Source: Octopus bimaculoides
Taxonomy: Eukaryota
Length of the DNA: 63,952 bases
Reading direction: 5' to 3'
NCBI RefSeq assembly: GCF_001194135.2
Contig: NC_068985.1
Location: 122,765,211 to 122,829,162 of the forward strand
Made by a program: the position numbers and the translations under genes. Numbering within the stretch: the stretch's first letter is position 1; each line of letters begins with the position of its first letter. The notes beneath the pieces were generated by a model. That model was given only the letters and a program-made list of their open reading frames with translations, was not told where the DNA came from and searched no databases. Positions 40,021-53,686 of the stretch are shown here, in pieces.

Positions 40021-42125
40021 TTAATGATCGGCTACTGTTGACATTGCTCCCGGATGTTGTTTGAGATTCGGATGCTCTGTGGTGACATCTTTATGTCTGT
40101 GCGTTTGGTATCGGACGTCATATAAACAAAGGAAGGGATAAAGAAGAGGTGATGGAATATGATCGTTGCTAAAACAAACATTTGTAAAATGGGACATTTG
40201 CACTCGTACAAGAAAGAAAAAAAAGGAAACGAAATAAAAGGAGAGAAAAAAAAAAGAAAACAGAATTCGCACTTTATAAGATTTAGATAGACAAATTTAG
40301 TTTTGAAACATTTATTTTTGATTACAGTTTAAAAAAAAGAAGGACAAACAAGAACAAAAATAAATAAATAAGCGGATAATTGCCCAGACACCTTAATAAG
40401 TGTTTCAGTTTCAATTATTTCTTGAAAATATTATTTTGGTTGTTTACAATTAAATAGAGAAAATAGAAGCAAGTAAGCAATTAACCAACCAATTAGAAAA
40501 ATATCAACAATCAGCATTATCAACATCAGCAACATTAACATCACTAAAAACAACAACAGCAATTTAAATATAGAAAGGAGGGTTTGAAATCTTATACAAC
40601 AACAATTTAACAAATTGTAAGCGGTATACCTATAATTATTGTATCTGTGTAAAGAAATAATAAAACCGAGAAAAATATATGGGGAAATATAACATTTTTT
40701 TTTATAGAAACTGAAATACCATGTGAATAAGTTTGAAAAGAAAACTATAAAAATATATAAATTACATGAAATTAAACACTATAATTAATGTATAAATAAT
40801 TGTAGTAAAACAAGAATAGAAAAAGGTTTTAATTGTTGGCTGCTATGCAGAAACTAGGAAATTGAGCGTTGATATTTCCAGTTGATGGATCGTCGCGCAA
40901 CTCATCAACGCTATTCAGTTTCAGAAAAAAATCCTGTTTAGTGTAGCACTGATTTCATTAAATCATTTGCACATTTGGATGTAAAGTGTGTGTTTGTATG
41001 TGTGTATGTGCATATTCGAATACTTCGGAAGTTCGCCTCGCAAATTCGGGTTTGATTCCAATGTGTAGCATCAAACGTCGTCTACCATAGAGCCTCAGAT
41101 CGACGTAAAACCTTAGAAGAAACAATCCAGGATTTCAGCAAATGGACTCTTGTCTCGCATTAATTTCGTGATCCTAAGTTATGTTATACTGAGGAGCCCT
41201 ATATATATATATATNNNNNNNNNNNNNNNNNNNNNNNNNNNNNNNNNNNNNNNNNNNNNNNNNNNNNNNNNNNNNNNNNNNNNNNNNNNNNNNNNNNNNN
41301 NNNNNNNNNNNNNNNNNNNNNNNNNNNNNNNNNNNNNNNNNNNNNNNNNNNNNNNNNNNNNNNNNNNNNNNNNNNNNNNNNNNNNNNNNNNNNNNNNNNN
41401 NNNNNNNNNNNNNNNNNNNNNNNNNNNNNNNNNNNNNNNNNNNNNNNNNNNNNNNNNNNNNNNNNNNNNNNNNNNNNNNNNNNNNNNNNNNNNNNNNNNN
41501 NNNNNNNNNNNNNNNNNNNNNNNNNNNNNNNNNNNNNNNNNNNNNNNNNNNNNNNNNNNNNNNNNNNNNNNNNNNNNNNNNNNNNNNNNNNNNNNNNNNN
41601 NNNNNNNNNNNNNNNNNNNNNNNNNNNNNNNNNNNNNNNNNNNNNNNNNNNNNNNNNNNNNNNNNNNNNNNNNNNNNNNNNNNNNNNNNNNNNNNNNNNN
41701 NNNNNNNNNNNNNNNNNNNNNNNNNNNNNNNNNNNNNNNNNNNNNNNNNNNNNNNNNNNNNNNNNNNNNNNNNNNNNNNNNNNNNNNNNNNNNNNNNNNN
41801 NNNNNNNNNNNNNNNNNNNNNNNNNNNNNNNNNNNNNNNNNNNNNNNNNNNNNNNNNNNNNNNNNNNNNNNNNNNNNNNNNNNNNNNNNNNNNNNNNNNN
41901 NNNNNNNNNNNNNNNNNNNNNNNNNNNNNNNNNNNNNNNNNNNNNNNNNNNNNNNNNNNNNNNNNNNNNNNNNNNNNNNNNNNNNNNNNNNNNNNNNNNN
42001 NNNNNNNNNNNNNNNNNNNNNNNNNNNNNNNNNNNNNNNNNNNNNNNNNNNNNNNNNNNNNNNNNNNNNNNNNNNNNNNNNNNNNNNNNNNNNNNNNNNN
42101 NNNNNNNNNNNNNNNNNNNNNNNNN

Positions 42126-42198
<73 letters not shown>

Positions 42199-42350
42199 CA
42201 CACACATGTCCGTTAAGCGGAAACGTCTTTGAGTAGGCATATAAGAGGTCCTATTTTATCATGTCTGCTGCAGCCCAATGATTACCAACTGCAATAAGTG
42301 TTTTATGGGGTTGTACCGAGCTGTGCCGATATGATGTAGGATAAATATAG

Positions 42351-42798
42351 TAATAATGATAATAACAATAATCCACGGATGGAATTTATAATTATGTTAA
42401 TGCATCGCTACATGCGTTTCCACAAATCACACATTTCTTACTACCATAGTCCGTATTCCTGTGATGATTGCAGTGCAGTTCGTAGCATCCATGGAGATTG
42501 GGAGAAATCATAGTTCAGGCGTTCTTTTCATCAGGTGATATGACACTAATGGCGGAAGCAGCGAATATATAACCGGGGGATGTTTATCTATTTTCATCAA
42601 TCAAATGGTGGATTGGGTTACGTGGGCACTGCCCGCAAACCGCAATCCACCGATTACATACAGAACTGCCCACTAATTGGCAGGAAGGAATGGATGGTGG
42701 TGGAGAGATCGTAAGGATGTGTATGTGGTTTGTGGAAATGCGCGTAGCGATGCATTAAAATATTTATAAATTCTATCCATGAATTATTATTATTATTA

Positions 42799-42882
<84 letters not shown>
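42351..42882. mobile_element. Fold-back element: ~90 bp imperfect inverted arms with outward (TAA)n/(TTA)n tails and an internal hairpin
   Basis: The arm at 42351-42441 pairs with 42711-42800. The hairpin is at 42607-42651. Confidence 0.7.
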
Positions 42883-42886
<4 letters not shown>

Positions 42887-42895
42887 CATATAGAT

Positions 42896-43275
42896 GCAGA
42901 CGTAGCTGTGTGGTAAGTAGCTTGCTTACCAACTACATGATTCCGGGTTCAGTCCCACTGCGTGGCACCTTGGGCAAGTGTCTACTATNNNNNNNNNNNN
43001 NNNNNNNGTGTGTGTGTGTGTGTGTGTGTGTGCGTGTGCGCGCGTGCGCGTTGTGTGTATTTGTGTGTCTGTGTTTGTCCCCCACCATCGATTGACAACC
43101 GATGCTGGTGTGTTTACGACCCGTAACTTAGCGGTTCGGCAAAGCGACCGATAGAATAAGTACTAGGCTTACAAAGAATAAGCTCTGGGTTCGATTTGTC
43201 GACTAAAGGCGGTGCTCCAGCATGGCCGCAGTCAAATGACTAAAACAAATAAAAGAATAAAAGAAAGAATAAAGA
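42896..43275 (+). mobile_element. SINE family B copy (contains a short gap)
   Basis: Head, body and TAAAAGAA tail match other family B copies. Confidence 0.88.
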
Positions 43276-43500
43276 AAATAAATACACACACACACATTAT
43301 CAACAAATTGATCGTCATTAACAAATAGGACACACACACACATGTGTGATTATAAGTGTATATATATGTGTGTATAAGCACATATAATCACATATGTGTG
43401 CGCGTGTGTAGTATTTGTTAATGATTATTAGGTTGTTGATAAACAAGAAAAGTTTTTAACGGTTGAACACTGTACATGATGTACAGTGAAATTTATAAGC

Positions 43501-43624
<124 letters not shown>

Positions 43625-43626
43625 CA

Positions 43627-43660
<34 letters not shown>

Positions 43661-44757
43661 CATTTGTGTGTGTAATGTTTGCTTTGATTTATTTCCTTTG
43701 ATTATTTCAACAGTCGTAAATAATCAAATGCAAAGGCAGAGACAAATATTTGACGTTAGATACGTACAAATATTACATATCGTTTCTTAGCGTCTCTATA
43801 TTAATCTAATAGAAATATCTAAATTGTGTATATTGATATCTGAATATCTATGAAAAATCTAAACACTGCATTCATATCTTTTTCTTAGTTGACAGTTAAT
43901 GGACGTCTTTAGACGATAATTGGTCAAGTATTTTCCATTTCAATAAACAAAATAAATTAGAAAGAAAGCTTTTATTAATCTAAAACCACCTCACCTTCCA
44001 TAAAACAACCAGCAACAAAAGGAAAAGATCGAAGTTGAATACGACTGTACTTGTTATCGTCACGTGATTACACTCCCTGAAACAATAGGTGATGTCCTTG
44101 TTGAAGTTAAACGCAGATGCAAACGGCTAATTCGGTTCTCATTTCAGTTTGTTTTTTCACTTCGTTTCATATTTAATAACAAAATATTAGAGGCGGACGT
44201 TTCGTTTTCGTCAGATTAAAGAATATATTAATATATGTCTATCACCATAGAAACTCATAAGAACACTCCAATAGAATTAACTTCATTTTATTTTTCCATC
44301 TTTTACTAACCAGTATGTTGATGTTAAGACGATTTCGATTCAATACACACAGGTCTATCGCAATGAAGAACTCAAATTAGATCCATGGAAATAGTCGTAT
44401 TTACACGAAAGACATTGACAGATTAAAAACATGGTGATAAACAGTCAGGTTACAAAGAATCATTACACAGATTCTGTATTAGAGCACCCCCAAGAGTGTA
44501 CAATTATCTCCAGCAAATCTAATTTCCTGGTAGTATGTAGGGGTTTGGTTTTAATATTTGTCTATTTGCATTTTATTATCACTTCCGTCGTTTCTTTCGA
44601 AGCTCCCCAAACACATTTGCCAGCATTTTAAAACACCCTACCAACACTTTCTTTCTTTCTTTCTTTCTTTCCACTTTATATACTTGTGTGTTTTTACGCA
44701 TACAATATCTTTCTTGTTTTATACATATATACATATCAATAGTGGGAGAGATAGATA

Positions 44758-44910
44758 CATTTCTTTTATTAGCCACACAGGGCTCAACAAAGATGGGACG
44801 AATACAATGTAGAGCTTTTCTTTTTGGGAGGGGGAAGGAAGAAAAAAAAAGTAGGGGTGGGTGTCGATCAAAAGGGATCGTAGGAAGGAAAAAAGAGGAG
44901 AGTTCGATCA
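44758..44910 (-). mobile_element. Short Tx1/L1-like 3' end flanked by (GATA)n on both sides
   Basis: Nearly identical to the reverse complement of 15165-15338. Confidence 0.65.
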
Positions 44911-45063
44911 TAGATAGATAGATAGAGAGAGAGAGAGAAAGAGAGAGACGGAGAGAGAAATAGTGTGTGCGTTTGTTCTTGACTGTATAAGTACGTATTC
45001 ATGTTAGTCCACATATATGTATGCATGTATGCATGCATGTATGTATGTATGTATGTATGTATC

Positions 45064-45100
<37 letters not shown>

Positions 45101-46367
45101 CACGCACACACACACGCACACACACACGCACACACACACGCACACACACATACGCACGCACACACACACACANNNNNNNNNNNNNNNNNNNNNNNNNNNN
45201 NNNNNNNNNNNNNNNNNNNNNNNNNNNNNNNNNNNNNNNNNNNNNNNNNNNNNNNNNNNNNNNNNNNNNNNNNNNNNNNNNNNNNNNNNNNNNNNNNNNN
45301 NNNNNNNNNNNNNNNNNNNNNNNNNNNNNNNNNNNNNNNNNNNNNNNNNNNNNNNNNNNNNNNNNNNNNNNNNNNNNNNNNNNNNNNNNNNNNNNNNNNN
45401 NNNNNNNNNNNNNNNNNNNNNNNNNNNNNNNNNNNNNNNNNNNNNNNNNNNNNNNNNNNNNNNNNNNNNNNNNNNNNTATATATATATATATATATGGAT
45501 GAATGAATTGATAGATGGATGGATAGCTAGATAGGCTGGTGGTTAGATAAAGACGAAAGTTTGAGATAAACAGTGAGAAGTAATCTACTCCTTCAACTCA
45601 ATCAGGATTCGAAGTATTGCTCTGACGAAACATTCCCTTGTTTTCTTAATCTTCGTTCTTTTCCTTTTCTGCTTCGTCATGGTAATCCCCTTTACCATTT
45701 ATTCCCTCAGTATCCCCAGAATCATTCGTCATTATGTTCATCTCGCCAACAGTTGCCACCACTGTAAAAGTCATATTAAATAAAGCGCAGTCCATTGTTT
45801 TCATGACTTTATGAGAGTGTAAGTATTCGCTGTGTCAAAAGTATGTTGCAGGCCGATAATAATGAAAGAAATTTCGTACAAAATGGAAATATGAAAGTAC
45901 GTAAGTAAACTTCTGAACTAAAAGGGGGCCGGCCAGACATAATAAAGCAACCAACGAAACGTTTTTATATCTAACTTTAAACTCAGCAAATGCTTCGTGA
46001 TCCTATTCATTATTAGCGCAAAACAAATCATGGCTATTATCAACTTGAATGTATCAAATGTCAGAACGGAGTTAGATCGATTGATACTAATTACACAAGA
46101 AACACTTCTTCAAAATTATGGCCTTCATCATTGTACTTGGTTTTGCTGTAGTTGTAATGAAGATACGAAGCTCACTGAAGATTCGAGTGGTGAAGATGGA
46201 TAAGTATAGAGAATGCATAATTATCACTGCAAACAGACATGTTTTCTCAAGACAAACATCTTTTGGAAACGATCTATTATTGGGCGTATGCAATGGTATG
46301 AAAGTGATAATAATAATAGTAATAATAACGTTGATTCTTTCTAATGTTTGGTACAAGGCCAACAAGG

Positions 46368-46430
46368 AAGAAGAAGAAGAAGAAGAAGAAGAAGAAGAAG
46401 AAGAAGAAGAAGAAGAAGAAGAAGAAGAAG
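46368..46430. repeat. (GAA)n microsatellite
   Basis: Seen directly. Confidence 0.97.
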
Positions 46431-47530
46431 AAACAACAAAAGCTATAAAACAAATGAAATCCAAACTAAAACTAGAACAGCAACGGACCATGATAAAACG
46501 ATGGCAAGAAAAGCCCCTNNNNNNNNNNNNNNNNNNNNNNNNNNNNNNNNNNNNNNNNNNNNNNNNNNNNNNNNNNNNNNNNNNNNNNNNNNNNNNNNNN
46601 NNNNNNNNNNNNNNNNNNNNNNNNNNNNNNNNNNNNNNNNNNNNNNNNNNNNNNNNNNNNNNNNNNNNNNNNNNNNNNNNNNNNNNNNNNNNNNNNNNNN
46701 NNNNNNNNNNNNNNNNNNNNNNNNNNNNNNNNNNNNNNNNNNNNNNNNNNNNNNNNNNNNNNNNNNNNNNNNNNNNNNNNNNNNNNNNNNNNNNNNNNNN
46801 NNNNNNNNNNNNNNNNNNNNNNNNNNNNNNNNNNNNNNNNNNNNNNNNNNNNNNNNNNNNNNNNNNNNNNNNNNNNNNNNNNNNNNNNNNNNNNNNNNNN
46901 NNNNNNNNNNNNNNNNNNNNNNNNNNNNNNNNNNNNNNNNNNNNNNNNNNNNNNNNNNNNNNNNNNNNNNNNNNNNNNNNNNNNNNNNNNNNNNNNNNNN
47001 NNNNNNNNNNNNNNNNNNNNNNNNNNNNNNNNNNNNNNNNNNNNNNNNNNNNNNNNNNNNNNNNNNNNNNNNNNNNNNNNNNNNNNNNNNNNNNNNNNNN
47101 NNNNNNNNNNNNNNNNNNNNNNNNNNNNNNNNNNNNNNNNNNNNNNNNNNNNNNNNNNNNNNNNNNNNNNNNNNNNNNNNNNNNNNNNNNNNNNNNNNNN
47201 NNNNNNNNNNNNNNNNNNNNNNNNNNNNNNGACCTGGAAATAGAGGTAACTCGAATGTGGAATCTAAAAACAGAAACAATTCCTATCATAGTAGGTGCCT
47301 TAGGTATAATAAAAAAAAAAATTCAGACAAATACATAGCAAAAACGCCAGGACTTACAAATATATATAACATACTGAAAATTGCACTACTGGGCACTGCA
47401 CGCATCCTACGCAAAACACTTTCAATACAGTAACCACAAGAACATCACAGCAAACCACAACACATACCCAAGGCACACAGAGCTGCGCTCCGTGGTGAAG
47501 TGAAAGCACGTTATAGAAATAAAACTACTG
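46431..47530 (+). mobile_element. R4/Dong-like LINE 3' portion (central part in gap), followed by (TAA)n
   Basis: Reads KLEQQRTMIKRWQEKP before the gap, and DLEIEVTRMWNLKTETIPIIVGALG...KIALLGTARILRKTLSIQ* after it, paralleling the ORF at 26181. Confidence 0.82.
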
Positions 47531-47540
47531 AATAATAATG

Positions 47541-47576
<36 letters not shown>

Positions 47577-47589
47577 GTAATAATAATAA

Positions 47590-47794
47590 TACTTTCAAAT
47601 TTTGCCACAAGGGGGAGGGGACAAGTCGATTACATCGATCCCCCAATGTTTCACTGGTACTTAATTTCTCTATCCAGAAAGGATGAAAGGCACAGTCGAA
47701 CTCAGCAGAATTTGAACTAAGAACGTAGCGACGGGCGAAATACTGCTAAGCATTTCGTCCAGTGCGCTAACAATTCTGCTAGCTCACCGCCTTC
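47590..47794 (-). mobile_element. SINE family A copy between two (TAA)n tracts
   Basis: Reverse-complement similarity to 2777-3009. Confidence 0.8.
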
Positions 47795-47828
<34 letters not shown>

Positions 47829-47847
<19 letters not shown>

Positions 47848-49080
47848 CTTTCTTTAGTGGCCACAAAGGCCGAACACAAACCAAAAAGGGGCAGTATAAA
47901 ATAAGGAACGAGTGGGACTTAGCATAAAAATACGTGTATACAATAAAAACTATAAAAGTTAAAAACATAATTTTAACAATAAAACTCTTTAAAAGGGGAT
48001 CGTACCACCCAGGACTAACCAAAAAACCCCACACATCCTAGTTCCCCCGACCACCAAAGGTACCTCAGAAAGGCACCTCTCCTCTTCAACCCCGCTGGCT
48101 TAAAAGTGTTTGTTCGGAGTAGGCTCGTCCACACGGTCCATCCTCGCCACATTCACCGACCTTTCAACGAAAATACTGGGGAAATCATTTCTCTTTCCAC
48201 CCTCAGTCTCCATTTCAAGTTCCTCTTGAAATAGGTCTATGAGAGCTTGGCCGAAGAGAAAAGTATCTGTCCTCAGCCATTTAACCTCGCCCACCACACT
48301 ACCTCTTCCACCATAGCCACCAGACAAGAAAACTGCCTACCCTTCCCGGCTGAAAGAAGGTGACGGGGTAATCCTCACGCTGGTCTCTGTTAATAATCGG
48401 ATACGACCTACACATCTCAACAGCTGTTCGACAAAGTGGCACTAGTCGGAAATGCCCAGACGTTGCTCTAGTGCATGTAAAACGGATTCACCGTCCTGCA
48501 CACATCTCGGGAAAGTCTGACTGACAGCACACCCGTTATTGTAGATCTTGTATCGAACTGGCAGATCCTCCCATTTCCGGAAATTATCTGTAGGCCCCTT
48601 CTCGAAGGGAGCCCGGGAAAGACCGACACCCAGGGCTTCCCCGAAGATGTCATCGCTCCTGCCCGCCACTAATCTCCTATAGAACTCCAGCTGCATTGAC
48701 TAACTGACAGAGAACTGCGATCGCTTGCCCACACTCCAGTTACCAGGCGCTCTTTCTCAGTCTACGCTGGATACTTGGCTGTAGATCCGTCAACGACACA
48801 ATTTACTGAAAATCCTATCTGACAAAAGGCGAGTACAACTGCTTAGAGTCAAGCAGAGGCTGGAGATGTCGCTGCCTCAGCGCATGTCCGCGCATCATTA
48901 GCTTCGGCATGCACAATCCTACATTCAAACAAATAGTCTGACAAACGAAAAACGTCCCTTCCACAGAAAGCAGAACAGACGTACCAGCTTGATCAGCCAC
49001 GAAGTAAGGCAAGGGTTGACTGTCAGGCGATAGTATTCGCCACCTCCGTTGGCTTTCCGCACTAGCACAAAATTTGGTGA
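47829..49080 (-). mobile_element. Tx1/L1-like LINE ORF2 C-terminus (post-RT and zf-RVT region) plus 3' UTR
   Basis: GLCMPKLMMRGHALR... and LEFYRRLV...LPVRYKIYNNGCAVSQTFPRCVQDGESVLHAL resemble L1/Tx1 C-terminal motifs. The 3' end resembles the 15165-type ends. Confidence 0.7.
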
Positions 49081-51054
49081 CTCTTTGGTTCACTATTGTG
49101 TAAGTTTTCTTCTAGGAGTGAGGTGGGGTGTTATGATAATGTTGGTGATGTTGGTCGTTGTAGCGGTGGTTGTGCTGATGGTTGTGGAATTGGTGGGGGT
49201 TGATGTTTTGTCAATGTATCCGAGGGAGTTTTTAAACTCCAGAAAAAAGAGTTTAGTCAATGCCCTTATCAAAGGCGTTTCCTGCTGCAAGCTTGGAATT
49301 CCTCTTTTGCCGAATAGCTACATGCCACAACCTTCGTAAACCGTCACGGCTGGAAGGCATTACAAAGGGGATCAACCCCCGTCCCGTCCAAAAGCCTACA
49401 TTGCAGGTTTCGCTCAGGATATATTTTTTGTTTACGGAAATGACTAACCATGAGATTTTTCTTCCCTCCAGTTGTTGAGAGGTATGTGTATCCGGCCACT
49501 GGTGTCTGACATATCGCTTATGCAGCTATGCTTTTATAGGTGGTAAACCAATGGTCGCTCTCTGGCCGGCCATAACAAACAACCTCCTATATATATATAT
49601 ATATATATATATNNNNNNNNNNNNNNNNNNNNNNNNNNNNNNNNNNNNNNNNNNNNNNNNNNNNNNNNNNNNNNNNNNNNNNNNNNNNNNNNNNNNNNNN
49701 NNNNNNNNNNNNNNNNNNNNNNNNNNNNNNNNNNNNNNNNNNNNNNNNNNNNNNNNNNNNNNNNNNNNNNNNNNNNNNNNNNNNNNNNTTTGTAAGTGTG
49801 TTTGTGTGTATGTGTGTGTATACATATATATATATATGTATAGACATACTATTGTCATCATAAGAATTTTATAATCGTTCGAGAACCTGAAACAACTCTT
49901 TTTTTGGAGCAGTGAATCTCGAAATACATGTCTACAGGGGATGTGGGTTCGAGTCTCACAGACAGATTTTGACTTTTTCCATCCCAAAGAGTTTTACAAG
50001 CCAATTTTTACACGCTGTTATGTATAGCTTTCTATATGCTATGTAACAAACAGAAATGTATACAACATATCTGTAAATACAGAAGAAATGGATAGGAAAA
50101 AGAGGGATTGAGCAAACAACTTGAAATGAAACATGATTGGCTATTTCATTTTTCATCGGTAATATCGATCCATGACGATAATGAAAACATTTTAATTTCC
50201 ACACACGATTTCAAACCAAAATAACTTACCAAACAAATGCAAATAAGGAATGCTTGATAAACGTCTGTGATGCAATGTAAAACCTTTCGGAGACCAGAAA
50301 ACCGGGTTTCAATTTTCAGTTAGGAAAACCAAAAAATCGGAAAAAATCATTTACTCCCTTTACTTCATTAACATCACTGGTAAATTTTTCTAACGCATGA
50401 ACATCACAAATTAACTTAAATTTACTTAAATGTACTTATATTCCCGGGCGATTGCTGCAGTATGCACATGGTGTACTGAAATTAAAATACAGACATTGTT
50501 CTTTCTAAATGATATATGAGAATGTTGTCATTGTGTTATTGATTTTGATTAAGTCGATGTAAATGCAAGGAAAAAGAAGAAAGAAGAGAACGAAGGCAGC
50601 ATCATGCCACAGCAGACGTTCATAAGCCGAATTACTTATGATCAAGGTTAGCTATTTTGTTTTGATACGTTAAATATTATATTGTATTGGCTGAAATACA
50701 AGTCACGTTGCACCTGTGTGTGTATGTGTTCGAGAGAAAGAGAGAGAGGGAGAGGAAGAAGGAGAGGGAGAAGAGAGGAGAGGAAGGAAGGGGTGAGAAA
50801 GAGGGATAGAGAAAGAAAGGAAGGAGGAGGGAAGGAGAGGAAGGAAGAGAGAGAGAGAGAGAGAGAGAGCGAAATAAAGGAAGAGGGAGAGAAAGAATAA
50901 CGGGGGGGGGGGAAGATAAATAGGCAGGGAGAGGCAAAGATATATAGATAGATATAGGGAGAAAGAAAAGCAGAGCCGGACAGAAAGATAGATGGGAAAA
51001 TATAGTACCTAGGAAGAACTATCACCGTATATGAAAATTATAGTTTGTAGTATA

Positions 51055-51435
51055 GGCGCAGGCGTAGCTGTGTAGTAAAGAAACTTGCTTACCAACCACA
51101 TGGTTCCGGATTCAGTCCCTCTGCGTCGCACTTTGGGCAAGTATCTCCTACTATAGACTCGGGCCGACCAAAGCCCTGTGAGTGGATTGGGCAGACAGAA
51201 ACGGAAAGAAGCCCGTCGTATATGTATGTGTCTGTGTTTGTCCCCCTACCATCGCTTGACAACCGATGCTGGTGTGTTTATGTCCTCGTAACTTAGCGTT
51301 TCGGCAAAAAAAGACCAATGGAATAAGTACTAGTCTTACAAAGTCCTGGGGTCGATATGTTCGATTAAAACCCCTTAAGGTGGTGCTCCAGCATGGCCGC
51401 AATCAAATGACTGAAACAAATAAAAGAATGAAAAA
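51055..51435 (+). mobile_element. SINE family B, full-length copy
   Basis: Complete GGCGCAGGCGTAGCTGTG head with B-box-like GGATTCAGTCC, body and A-rich tail. Confidence 0.9.
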
Positions 51436-51750
51436 TAAGAAATAGAGCATAAAATGTATAATCTGTAGTATTAAAAGGTGTCGGACTAACATATCATTGT
51501 TATTTTTTAGAGAAAAATGTTACAAGTATTTTAATTTCGACACTACGTTCTGAGTTCGAGTCTCTGAGTTTATCTGTTTCTTTATCCTTCCGGGTTCGGT
51601 AAAATATAAGTACCCGTCGAGTACTGGAATCAATTTAATCAGTTATGTCCTCTCGCAAAATATGCAGCCTTGTTCCACTTATAAATCCTATTTTATGGAG
51701 TAGGAATTGAAATATTGTGTGATGCTAAATGCTAAAATATGTAATATTTA

Positions 51751-52146
51751 TCTCCACTTAAAAGTGAATGTTGTGTTAGAAGACAAAATACTGTACTATT
51801 TACCATGAGAAAATATCTCTTATGGACTTGTGGTGCATTTAAGCATTTTTGCGTATATCACCAGGGGGAGATAATCATCAGCTATCGCTTCCGAACATTG
51901 CCAGATCACGTGATATCGGACTTTCTTCGCTTTGTTAATAGCAGATGTCCAAAGATGGAGATAGCAGTTATTCCCCCGCTAACGATATAAATAGAATCAC
52001 ATCGTCAATAGCGGACGATTATCTCCCGCTAGCAGTATAAACACGAGTATTTTATATGCATCACAAGTCTATATGAGAGGTTCTCTTATAGTAAAGAACG
52101 GAATATTTTGTGTTCTGACACAACATTCACTTTTAAGCGGGGAGAG
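51751..52146. mobile_element. MITE-like element with long (~130 bp) imperfect TIRs
   Basis: CCACTTAAAAGTGAATGTTGTGTTAGAAGACAAAATA... pairs with ...TATTTTGTGTTCTGACACAACATTCACTTTTAAGCGG. An inner pair is GGGAGATAATCATCAGCTAT / ATAGCGGACGATTATCTCCC. Confidence 0.8.
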
Positions 52147-52274
52147 ATACTACCTTTTGGTATTAATACTGCTTCATCTGCTAATTAATTATATGCTAGA
52201 AAATGTTTTTCAAAAGAATTTAGGGAGCGTAATTTTTAAATGGAGGTAATTTTCAACATTTGCGGCATAGACAA

Positions 52275-52490
52275 TAATATTGGTTTCAAACTTTAGCAAT
52301 TTTAGTGGTAGGGGTATGTCGACCATATCGACTCCAGTGCTCAGCTGGTAATTAATTTATCAACTCCCCAAAGGATGAAAGGCCAACTTGACCCTGGTGA
52401 TATTTGGACTCAGAACGTAAAGTCGGAAGAAATTCGACCAAATATTTTGTCCTGTGTGGTAACGACTCTGCTAGCTTGCTGCCTTAATAC
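52275..52490 (-). mobile_element. SINE family A copy, diverged
   Basis: Contains CAAAGGATGAAAGGCCAACTTGACC...GGACTCAGAACGTAAAG. Confidence 0.7.
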
Positions 52491-53603
52491 ATAGACATTA
52501 ATATTAGGGTTTCGAGTTTCTCCAAATGGCTTCGGTTGGAAAAAATCTGTCGTTCTTCAACATAAGGTGTGTTTTAATAAAATGTAATGAGGTTGATTTT
52601 GTAAAACAAATGCTATTCGCCATTTTAAAAATGTTCGTAGCTAAAACAATTTCTGTTTCACTTTATGCCTTATTCAAAGGAGCTGTGTGTAAAACAGATA
52701 TTTTGGTAAAATGTACGTTTGGGAACCTATAACAAAATCTCTTCAAACTACACTCAGTCATCCTAAAGAAAGGAATGACATAATAGATAATGTCCTTAAT
52801 ATACCTGCTAAACAAAACAATGTTTGTGGCTCGAACGTGTTTTAATCCTGCGCTCCTCTATCAAAGTTTCTCTGAGTCTAAACAACATCAACATTTTACA
52901 AGATTACAACGGTTTGACGTGGTGGACGCAGACGTCGTGTAAGTTTTTAGCTACCAGCTAGACATAGCTGCAACTCGGTTTCGCTTTTTAGTTGCTGCTA
53001 TTTATATTCACTTACGTCACTAATACTCTTTCGACATCAAATGCTATCACTTCTTGCCTTCTATAAATTCATGTTTTTGTGGTATCTAAGAAATAATCAA
53101 TATTGATCGAGCAATATAGATCATTGACTGATGTGTACAACCAGCTAAAGACATATTTGAAGATTTGAAGCTATAAATACTATTTAAGGCATTGATTCAA
53201 ATGCAATTAAATCTGTAGCGCGAGAATGTCTTACTACTTGCTGACTTCTCATTCAACGATGATTTCTAGTTCTTAGTTTGAACATTTTAGAACGACAAGA
53301 GCAGTGGATTGGAAGAATTGTTGGCACGTTGAAGAAAATATCTCACAGTAGAATTCATTCTCGGCCTTTATGTTCTGTATTCAAATCCTGCTGAAGTCCA
53401 CAATACATTTCATTCTTCCGAGGGCGATAAAATAAAATACATGAGAAGTACTGGGATTGATTTTTAACGACGAAAACCTTATCCCATATTTCCTTTTTTC
53501 ATATATACGCAGAGCTAGTCTAAATTCCATCTGGTAATAGTACACAGCATCTGGACAAGATCTGTATATATCTATATTCAACTACATGTCTCCAGTTATT
53601 TAA

Positions 53604-53686
<83 letters not shown>

